Assembly: GCA_027078675.1 (NCBI GenBank)
Contig: JALWWX010000194.1
Span: 1 to 43,481 of the forward strand
Direction of reading: 5' to 3'
From: Aquificales bacterium
GTDB taxonomy: Bacteria; Aquificota; Aquificia; Aquificales; Aquificaceae
DNA: 43,481 nt
Shown piece after piece: positions 37,104 through 43,481 of the stretch; the stretch's first letter is position 1; the number at the start of each line of letters is the position of its first letter. The notes beneath the pieces were generated by a model. The model had not been told where the DNA came from and made no database searches. It saw only the letters and a list, made by a program, of their open reading frames with translations. Made by a program: the position numbers and the translations under genes.

Positions 37104-38534
37104 AGGTAAACTTAAACCACCAAGCATATACTTTAGATCATCATCGGTGAACATCAGCCCCGCACCAACAAAGGCGCCCCTGAAGTAATCATTGAGAAGT
37201 TCATCCCCACCTACGGTTAAGTAAAAGGATCCCTTTACCCTTGCCCTTATTCCGATTTGCAGGTTAGGATTCATCTCACTCCCCGTTGCGGGATCCCTTC
37301 TGCCAAAGTCCCAAACATCGGAAAACAGCTTTATTCTTTCCGAAGGTACATAATCAAAACCGAATCCCCCCGTTGACTCCTTTAATCCTCCCCTTACTAC
37401 GAACTTTCCAAGATCCGTTCCGAATATCCTTGCATACTGAAGTGTTATTTCCGGAGCAAACTGTTTTCTTACTATAAATTCGTTGTTGGAAAGCTCCTCT
37501 ACATAAACCCTGCCCCTTGAATCACCTACGATTTCCACTAAGTAATATTTCTTATCATCGGGTTGTACCTTTACTGTGAAGATACCTTTACCGTCCCAGT
37601 TTTTATAAACTTCTCCTCTCATACCTATATAAAACACGGTTTTTGTAACAGTTTTTCCCATTTCACTGAATAAGGAAACACCCGACTGGATGTTTTCATA
37701 CATCTTTTCATCATGGATAATCTTTCCGAGGAATCCTTCTCCCTTTTCAATTTTTGTAACTATCTTATTTATCTTTTCCGAAATCTCCTTTAAATCCTCT
37801 GTAAATTCCGCAATATTTTTTCTATTTTCTTTTAGAATTGCCTCAAGCTCTTGGGATATTTCCTTCATCTCTTCAAGTAGTTCAGGCAGTGATTCCCTTA
37901 AGGAGGCGGTAAGTACATTTATGTTCTCAGCGGTTTCATTTATATGTTTTTCATTAAGAACTATAAGTCTGTTTATGTTCTCAGTAAGTTTCTTTGTTGT
38001 TTCCAAGGTACTTTCAAGGTTTTCTATTATCCTATTTATACTTTCCTTGTTTTCCCTTATTATCTCCGTAATATCCCTTGTAAGCTCGGATATATTTCTT
38101 GATGTTATAGTAAGCTCTCTTATGAGGTAATCCATGTCCGATATTCTTGTAACCTTCCTTATTTCCGAATTTTCTTCAAGTATACCAGCATCGGGAGTTC
38201 CCGGATATATTGCAAGATACTTGTCTCCCATAAAGCCAAGGGTTCCTATGGATGCGGTGGCATTTTTATATATGGGTATATCTTCCCTTATCTCAAAGAA
38301 GACACGAACCTTACCCTCTTCTATTCTGAAACCGGTTACCCTGCCTGTTTTTATACCCGCAACCCTTACATCCGCACCCTCAGAAAGTCCTGCTACATCT
38401 GTGAAAAGAACGGAGTACTTCTTAGTTTTTTGTTTGAAAAAAGGTATTTCTCCGAATATGAGAATAGTAAGTGCAAAGGAGACAGCACCTATAAGAACAA
38501 ATAAACCTACCTTAGCCTCCGTACTGAGTTTCAT
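37095..38534 (-). CDS. MCE/MlaD-family protein with a long coiled coil and a beta-rich C-terminal domain
   Basis: The N-terminal TM segment is followed by an MCE domain ([26 protein letters not shown]...[17 protein letters not shown]). An Asn/Glu/Ile-rich region of about 130 aa comes next, which I predict to be coiled coil. Then come the [18 protein letters not shown] motif and about 190 aa of alternating-pattern beta sequence. Confidence 0.75.
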   Translation of the reverse strand: MKLSTEAKVGLFVLIGAVSFALTILIFGEIPFFKQKTKKYSVLFTDVAGLSEGADVRVAGIKTGRVTGFRIEEGKVRVFFEIREDIPIYKNATASIGTLGFMGDKYLAIYPGTPDAGILEENSEIRKVTRISDMDYLIRELTITSRNISELTRDITEIIRENKESINRIIENLESTLETTKKLTENINRLIVLNEKHINETAENINVLTASLRESLPELLEEMKEISQELEAILKENRKNIAEFTEDLKEISEKINKIVTKIEKGEGFLGKIIHDEKMYENIQSGVSLFSEMGKTVTKTVFYIGMRGEVYKNWDGKGIFTVKVQPDDKKYYLVEIVGDSRGRVYVEELSNNEFIVRKQFAPEITLQYARIFGTDLGKFVVRGGLKESTGGFGFDYVPSERIKLFSDVWDFGRRDPATGSEMNPNLQIGIRARVKGSFYLTVGGDELLNDYFRGAFVGAGLMFTDDDLKYMLGGLSLPLP

Positions 38535-38544
38535 TTAAGACCCT

Positions 38545-38676
38545 TCAAGTAAAAAATAGAATAAGTATAATAAGCGCTATGACTATGGCGGTAATTAAGT
38601 ATTTCCTTTTATCCTTCCTGTTTTCCTCTATCTCCCTTATCTTTTCCCTGTAATAATCCCTATCCATCAACCCCAT
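38545..38676 (-). CDS. Small tail-anchored membrane protein (43 aa), not in the ORF track
   Basis: My translation is MGLMDRDYYREKIREIEENRKDKRKYLITAIVIALIILILFFT. GGAGG lies 10 nt upstream. The ORF fills the gap between the hisIE stop (38680) and the MCE gene start (38534). Confidence 0.35.
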   Translation of the reverse strand: MGLMDRDYYREKIREIEENRKDKRKYLITAIVIALIILILFFT

Positions 38677-38679
38677 TAT

Positions 38680-39306
38680 CTATTTACCTCCAGATTTTAT
38701 TCTATCAGATAACTCTTCCATTATTTCCGTCACCGATGTTTTGTTAACTGACAAAGCCAATACAAGAAAGTAAAGCATATCCGCCACCTCCTCCTTTATT
38801 TCCTCTTTGTTGCCGTTCTTCAGTGCTATAAGACTCTCTATCGCTTCCTCACCGAATTTTTGAAGTATTCTATCTTTACCTTCCTTTACAAGTTTTGCGG
38901 TGTATGAATTTTCCGGTAATTTTTCTATCCTTTCCCTTATTATCTCCTCAAGTCTCTGGAGTGTTTCAAAGGGAAGGACATTTTCAACCTTTCCTTCGTT
39001 TAATCTTCTGAAGAAACAGTTCCTCTCACCAGTGTGACACGCCTTATTTTTTTCTTGCTCAATCATATATACGAGGGCATCCCCGTCGCAATCAATCCTT
39101 ATCTCCTTCACCTTCTGGAGTTCTCCCGATGTTTCTCCCTTCTTCCATATTTTGTTCCTTGATCTTGAAAAATAGTGGGCATAACCCGTTTCAACAGTCT
39201 TTTCTATAGCTTCCTTGTTTGCATAGGCAAGCATCCTTATCTCACCAGTTCTCCAATCCTGGGCTACTACTGGTACAAGACCCTTATCATCAAATTTTAT
39301 GTCCAT
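38680..39306 (-). CDS. hisIE: Bifunctional phosphoribosyl-AMP cyclohydrolase / phosphoribosyl-ATP pyrophosphatase
   Basis: The HisI motifs are GLVPVVAQD, SRSRNKIWKKGETSG, DCDGDALV and CHTGERNCFF. The C-terminal HisE helices include EEAIESLIA and EVADMLYFLLV-like sequence. Confidence 0.9.
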   Translation of the reverse strand: MDIKFDDKGLVPVVAQDWRTGEIRMLAYANKEAIEKTVETGYAHYFSRSRNKIWKKGETSGELQKVKEIRIDCDGDALVYMIEQEKNKACHTGERNCFFRRLNEGKVENVLPFETLQRLEEIIRERIEKLPENSYTAKLVKEGKDRILQKFGEEAIESLIALKNGNKEEIKEEVADMLYFLVLALSVNKTSVTEIMEELSDRIKSGGK

Positions 39307-40369
39307 CTCCGTTTTCTCCTAACATTGATCTTACCTCTTTCAAAAGTTCTTCCGCCATATCCTTCTCTTCCACTCTTCTTACTGGTTTTCCTCCCTTAAA
39401 GAGCCAGGCGAAACCCCTTCCACACGCCAAACCTATATCCGCTTCTTTGGCTTCACCTATGGCGTTTACTACACATCCCATTATTGCTATTTTTATGGGT
39501 TTCTTTATGTCTTTAAGCTTTTCTTCAACCTCCCTTACTATTGGCGGTAAGTCAACCTCAATCCTTCCGCAGGTAGGACACGATACTACCTCAATGCCTT
39601 TCCTTCTTAGCCCTAAGCTTTGAAGAATCATGTATGCGGTTTCCACCTCTTCAACAGGGTCATCCGTAAGTGAAACCCTTATCGTATCACCTATACCCAA
39701 GTAGAGTAATATGCCTATTCCCACCGAGGATTTAATTATTCCCTTTTTCCCCATACCCGCTTCCGTTATACCTATATGAAGCGGGACATCCGTTTCTTTG
39801 GCGAATATAAGATTTGCTTTTATATTTTCTATAACATCGGATGCCTTTATGGAAACCTTAAAATTATAAAATCCCCATTTATCAAACTTCTCCGTCCATC
39901 TCAAAGCACTCTCCGCAAGGGCTTCCGATGAGGGATATCCGTATTTATCAAGAAGATCCCTTTCTAAGGATCCCGAATTTACACCTATCCTTATGCAAAC
40001 ACCTTTTATCTTAGCCTCTTCTACTATTTCCCTTACTATATCTTCCTTGCCCATGTTTCCTGGATTTATCCTTATGCCGTGTATACCCTTTTCCATTGAT
40101 TTGAAGGCATAAGAGGGGGCAAAGTGTATATCCGCTATTACCGGAATGGGTGAACCTTTGACAATTTCTTCTAAGGCTTCCGCATCCTCCTCATGGGGAA
40201 CCGCCACCCTTACTATCTCACAACCCGCCTCCGCAAGTCTTTTTATTTGAAAAAGTGTTTTATCAACATCAGAGGTTTTTGTGGATGTCATTGATTGAAC
40301 AACAATGGGGGCATCACCGCCTATTTCAACATCTCCTATTTTTATCTTCCTTGTCTTTCTCCTCTCCAT
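39290..40369 (-). CDS. ispG: 4-hydroxy-3-methylbut-2-en-1-yl diphosphate synthase
   Basis: MERRKTRKIKIGDVEIGGDAPIVVQSMT, RINPGN, VSCPTCGR and IAIMGCVVNAIGEA are present. I chose the start at 40369, because the ORF-track start at 40423 adds 18 non-conserved residues. Confidence 0.92.
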   Translation of the reverse strand: MERRKTRKIKIGDVEIGGDAPIVVQSMTSTKTSDVDKTLFQIKRLAEAGCEIVRVAVPHEEDAEALEEIVKGSPIPVIADIHFAPSYAFKSMEKGIHGIRINPGNMGKEDIVREIVEEAKIKGVCIRIGVNSGSLERDLLDKYGYPSSEALAESALRWTEKFDKWGFYNFKVSIKASDVIENIKANLIFAKETDVPLHIGITEAGMGKKGIIKSSVGIGILLYLGIGDTIRVSLTDDPVEEVETAYMILQSLGLRRKGIEVVSCPTCGRIEVDLPPIVREVEEKLKDIKKPIKIAIMGCVVNAIGEAKEADIGLACGRGFAWLFKGGKPVRRVEEKDMAEELLKEVRSMLGENGDGHKI

Positions 40370-40421
40370 CGTAACCCGAATATAGAATAATATAACCTTT
40401 CTGATATAAAATAAATCCATC

Positions 40422-40841
40422 ATGGTCAGGTTACTCTACTCCCTACTTTTTGTGGTTGCGCTGGCCTTTGCCCTTTTCGGATCTAAGTACATAGTGGTCT
40501 TTGAGGAAAAGCCCGAAATAAAGGATAAAAAGGTTTACTTTAAAGGCATGCCCATAGGGGAGGTAGGTGAGTTCAATCTTTCCGAAAAGGGATATGTAAC
40601 CCTTGAGGTGAAAATTGAGGGTAAATACAGGAAGTTTATAAAAAATACTGGTGTTTTTTATGTAGAGGAAGGGAAACTTAATTACACACTTATAGACGAG
40701 GGCGGTGAGAAGGTAAAGGAGGGAGGTGAACTTTTGGGATTTGAGAGTAAGGGTAAATATCTGCTTTTTAAGGCGAAGGTAAAATTCGGAAAGTTGGTTA
40801 AAAATATAGAGAAGGCTATAGAGGACATCAAAAGTAATTAG
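40422..40841 (+). CDS. Hypothetical exported or membrane-anchored protein with a mini MCE-like domain (139 aa)
   Basis: An N-terminal TM or signal segment (LLYSLLFVVALAFALF) is followed by VVFEEKPEIKDKKVYFKGMPIGEVGEFNLSEKGYVTLEVKI...TGVFYVE. This matches the strand pattern of MCE/PqiB domains. Confidence 0.55.
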   Translation: MVRLLYSLLFVVALAFALFGSKYIVVFEEKPEIKDKKVYFKGMPIGEVGEFNLSEKGYVTLEVKIEGKYRKFIKNTGVFYVEEGKLNYTLIDEGGEKVKEGGELLGFESKGKYLLFKAKVKFGKLVKNIEKAIEDIKSN

Positions 40842-41515
40842 ATTTTAATTTCGTCAAAGCTTTTTATAACCGGGTGGGATGATGACACCTTTCCATCCCT
40901 TACAACCATTATTGCCTTCATTCCCGCTTTATGTGAGGCTTCTATTTCTTCCGCGCTGTCGGAAAGAAAAAGTATCTCGGACGGCATTAGATTTAACTTT
41001 TCCGCAATCTTCCTGTACGATTCCGGTTCCTTTTTATTACCTATTCTTGTGTCAAAGTGTCCGGAAAATAGGTAACTTATATCCCCGTAAGTTGTGTGAG
41101 AAAAAAATAGTTTTTGGGCCTTTACGGAACCAGATGAATACACATATACTGGTATTCCTTTATCTTTCCACTCCTTTAACTTTTTTAGTGCATCTTCATA
41201 TATATGGCTTACGAGTTCACACTTTTTAAAGCCCTCTTCCCATATCATTCCCTGAAGCTCTTTAAGGGGGGTAATTTTTTTATCTTCCCTTATCCATGCC
41301 TTCATTGTTTTTATGAATTCTTCCTTTGAAAGCTTTTTGCCAACTATTTCCTCTGTTTCTTTCAGTATGTTTCCTATCTCTTCCCAGTGCTTTTCAACGA
41401 AATCATCAATCCTCTCATAGGAATAGGGGAAAAGAACATCTTTTACAAAACTTATGTCAGATATAGTTCCTTCTATATCCGTTAATATTGCCTTAACCGA
41501 CTTTGAGCTCGTCAT
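40838..41515 (-). CDS. mtnC: Enolase-phosphatase E1 (methionine salvage)
   Basis: AILTDIEGTISDISFVKDVLFPY, LKELQGMIWEEGF, VYVYSSGSVKAQKLFF...GDISYLFSGHFDT and ILFLSD align along the full length with Klebsiella-type MasA/MtnC. Confidence 0.88.
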   Translation of the reverse strand: MTSSKSVKAILTDIEGTISDISFVKDVLFPYSYERIDDFVEKHWEEIGNILKETEEIVGKKLSKEEFIKTMKAWIREDKKITPLKELQGMIWEEGFKKCELVSHIYEDALKKLKEWKDKGIPVYVYSSGSVKAQKLFFSHTTYGDISYLFSGHFDTRIGNKKEPESYRKIAEKLNLMPSEILFLSDSAEEIEASHKAGMKAIMVVRDGKVSSSHPVIKSFDEIKI

Positions 41516-42047
41516 ACTTCGGAAATCTGTCGGCTATATCGCTTCCCGTATAGTTTGCAACCCACCCCTCCTCCGTGGTAAACAATCTTATACACTTGAA
41601 ATTAGGGGACGTACCCATATCAAACCAATGGGGCACTCCCGCTGGCACACTTATAAGATCACCCTTTTCGCATATAACTATGTAAACCTTGTCATTGGGG
41701 TGCAGGTAGAAGGCGCCGTCGCCGTAGACAAAAAATCTGACTTCAAAGTCGCTGTGGGTATGTTCCTTGAGAAATTTATTCCTAAGCTCATCCTTCTTTG
41801 GATGATCGGGAGTCATACTTATTACATCATAGGATTTAAAACCGAACATCTTCATCAGCCTTTGAATGTCTTCCATATATGCTTGAGTTATTTCCTCTTC
41901 AGAAGAATCCTCACTGATAGGCTTTTTTGCATTCCAACGTTCAAAAAGCACACCTATTTTTTTTAGCTCCTCCGCTATCTCTTCAAAAATATTAGTCTTC
42001 TTTATAACTTCCGCCGTGTCTTCCCTGCATATGGTTAGCGTACTCAT
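41493..42047 (-). CDS. mtnD: Acireductone dioxygenase (ARD cupin, methionine salvage)
   Basis: EHTHSDFEVRFFVYGDGAFYLH and ISVPAGVPHWFDMG carry the cupin metal ligands. It lies directly upstream of mtnC and overlaps it by 23 nt. Confidence 0.88.
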   Translation of the reverse strand: MSTLTICREDTAEVIKKTNIFEEIAEELKKIGVLFERWNAKKPISEDSSEEEITQAYMEDIQRLMKMFGFKSYDVISMTPDHPKKDELRNKFLKEHTHSDFEVRFFVYGDGAFYLHPNDKVYIVICEKGDLISVPAGVPHWFDMGTSPNFKCIRLFTTEEGWVANYTGSDIADRFPKYDELKVG

Positions 42048-42105
42048 GCTTTATAATTATAATAAAAATGCCTTTTGATGCCAAAAACGTTAAGGAGGAT
42101 CAGCT

Positions 42106-43481
42106 ATGCACAAGAGAACCCTTATTTATGGGATAGTTTCGCTATTCCTTCTCTCCGCGTGTGGTCAAGGAGGTAAAAAGGAACAGCAACCCACGGTAAA
42201 AACTGCCAATGCGCTTGTCCAATTTCAAAAGGTGAGAAAAGACAGTGATTGGGCTATAGTTCCTGTTGGTACCGTACACAAGGTGGTAGAACTCAGAGGT
42301 GACGGAAGCTTTTCTATTAAAGAACTGAAAAGGAATGATGCAAGGGATCTGAATCTTACTATTGCCTTTGATAGTACGGGTTATGTTGGTGCTGTATGTG
42401 AAAACGGCAACGCCTTTCTTGTCGGAGGCAGGGATATATTTTTCTTTGATGTAAAAAATCTTGAGATAAGGTACATAGGTAGGGATTTGGTAAATCCCGT
42501 TAATATGAATCCCATTGTACACGGATCCTTTTATACAAACTTTCCCCTGCCGGGTGCTGATACCGATCAACTTATAGTTGCGGATTGTGAAGGCAACTAT
42601 GCTGTTGTGAATGAATGCAATATAGGAGGAGGATGTACAACTTACAAAGGAGATAGTGCTTTTCTTGTTGTTCATGCCAACGGAGATAAGGCATGGGTTT
42701 TCAGGGAACCTGCTAATGTAAGTGCGCAGAGGCTTTATGATTCTTCCGGCAAGATGGCTTCTGAGATAAATACTCAGAATCCCGATAATATCCTAAGGGT
42801 AGAGGGATCCTCCAAAAGCCATTGGATAATTGCTGAATATGATAATAACAATGATATTAAGAAACTCCATTTTGTTAATAGGAGCGACGGCAGTGTTAAA
42901 AGCCTGAGCGTGAATCTTGCAACCGGCACTAACGCAAATGTGGTTGCTGTAACAGTAGGTTCTAATGTTTACTTTGCGGTGTGGACAAATAACAAAATCT
43001 TTTATATGAAATTTGATGGCAATAATGTTGCTTCCATTAAGAGCATTAATGCTACCGGTAATTTTACCGTGGTTAAGCTTGACGGACAAGGCAGATTGTA
43101 TGCTGTTGACAATAGCGCAAGTGATACGATAATTTGGGTAAAAACTGACGGCAGTCAAGGTACTGCAACAGCTGCAGGTCCCATTACAAGAATGTTTGGT
43201 GTAACAGATGGAGTATTCGTTAATGCTGGGGGAACATACCAAACTTATACAGCTGGAGGTACGGTATCTAATGCAACTACCTCTCAAGCGAACGCTTTCC
43301 AAGTATGTGACAACGGTAGTGTTTATAATGAAGCCTACAACAATATGGCGTGTTACGATCCCGGTTCAACAGATATGGAGGTTGCCTTTGTACCTGATTT
43401 AAGCGGTGCCCAAGCTGTTAATGTGGGAGATACCGTATTTCCCGCAACTGTGGCAGGTGTAACAGATTCAGCCCTTTACGG
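42106..43481 (+). CDS. Putative secreted lipoprotein of unknown family (3' partial, open to the window end)
   Basis: The ATG at 42106 is preceded by AAGGAGG (42092-42098). I read 458 codons with no stop, to the last base of the window. The N-terminus MHKRTLIYGIVSLFLLSAC has a lipobox (LSAC). This ORF is absent from the supplied ORF track, presumably because it has no stop codon. Confidence 0.75.
   Translation, partial: MHKRTLIYGIVSLFLLSACGQGGKKEQQPTVKTANALVQFQKVRKDSDWAIVPVGTVHKVVELRGDGSFSIKELKRNDARDLNLTIAFDSTGYVGAVCENGNAFLVGGRDIFFFDVKNLEIRYIGRDLVNPVNMNPIVHGSFYTNFPLPGADTDQLIVADCEGNYAVVNECNIGGGCTTYKGDSAFLVVHANGDKAWVFREPANVSAQRLYDSSGKMASEINTQNPDNILRVEGSSKSHWIIAEYDNNNDIKKLHFVNRSDGSVKSLSVNLATGTNANVVAVTVGSNVYFAVWTNNKIFYMKFDGNNVASIKSINATGNFTVVKLDGQGRLYAVDNSASDTIIWVKTDGSQGTATAAGPITRMFGVTDGVFVNAGGTYQTYTAGGTVSNATTSQANAFQVCDNGSVYNEAYNNMACYDPGSTDMEVAFVPDLSGAQAVNVGDTVFPATVAGVTDSALY

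Noticed and set aside
37690-38538. Long antisense ORFs opposite real genes. Examples are 37690-38130 and 38134-38538 opposite the MCE gene, 13391-13786 opposite the REC-like gene, and 24695-25231 opposite recN. Others are 28694-29164 opposite clpB, 21470-21907 opposite murF and 15568-15957 opposite era.
   Set aside because: Their Ser/Phe/Ile/Leu-rich, low-complexity translations are the mirror image of the purine-rich (GAR/AAR/AGR) sense codons. They have no start signals, and the sense genes have unambiguous family motifs.
42142-43302. Two ORF-track entries on the minus strand (42142-42675, 177 aa; 42793-43302, 169 aa).
   Set aside because: They lie antisense to a longer uninterrupted plus-strand frame that has an SD, an ATG and a lipoprotein signal. 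Their translations are low-complexity and Cys/Ser/Ile-rich, with no start context. I treat them as shadow ORFs.
1-43481. A scan for CRISPR arrays, tRNA, rRNA or other structured RNA genes, IS elements, integrases, phage genes, toxin-antitoxin pairs or known defence genes.
   Set aside because: Non-coding DNA totals only a few hundred bases, in spacers of 72 nt or less. By eye I saw no direct or inverted repeat arrays and no mobile-element or defence-type protein motifs. A computational scan (tRNAscan-SE, Infernal/Rfam, PADLOC/DefenseFinder) would be the decisive check.

Overview
The window is a 43.5 kb stretch of very compact chromosomal core genome. I count about 45 protein-coding genes and roughly 98% coding density, with many ATGA or other short overlaps between genes. 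The proteins are K/E/I/R-rich and coding strands are purine-rich (AGG, AGA, AAG, GAG and ATA codons). A short WaaA, RNase HIII, TrmFO and a split class II RNR are present. Together these suggest a thermophilic, diderm, Aquificota-like bacterium, but the taxon is inference only.

Nearly all genes are housekeeping:
- Nucleotide and DNA metabolism: dcd, nrdJ in two pieces, a dnaC-like loader, purB, surE, recN, rnhC.
- Translation and tRNA modification: era, dtd, rplT, pheS, trmD, trmFO, mnmA, epmA.
- Glycine cleavage: gcvH, gcvPA.
- Envelope: waaA, an ArnT-like GT39 enzyme, murF, two MCE-like proteins.
- Isoprenoid, heme, histidine and shikimate pathways: ispF, ispG, hemC, hisIE, aroK.
- Methionine salvage: mtaD, mtnC, mtnD.
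- Other: clpB and a c-di-GMP pair (GAF-GGDEF enzyme and PilZ protein).

I found no rRNA, tRNA, CRISPR array, transposase, integrase, prophage remnant or recognisable defence or toxin-antitoxin gene, so there is no convincing novel system here. The unexplained items worth follow-up are:
1. An open-ended lipoprotein ORF at the 3' edge that is missing from the ORF track and has atypical composition.
2. A sensor-like membrane stub followed by a protein with two degenerate receiver-like domains.
3. A ClpB with an insertion of about 150 aa, predicted coiled coil, splitting its N-domain.
4. An orphan MCE protein with a long coiled coil and a beta-rich C-terminal domain.
5. The genome-architecture pattern: every convergent junction overlaps or abuts, and divergent junctions carry -10-like boxes about 10 nt from the start codons.

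All calls come from reading translated motifs by eye. No searches were run.
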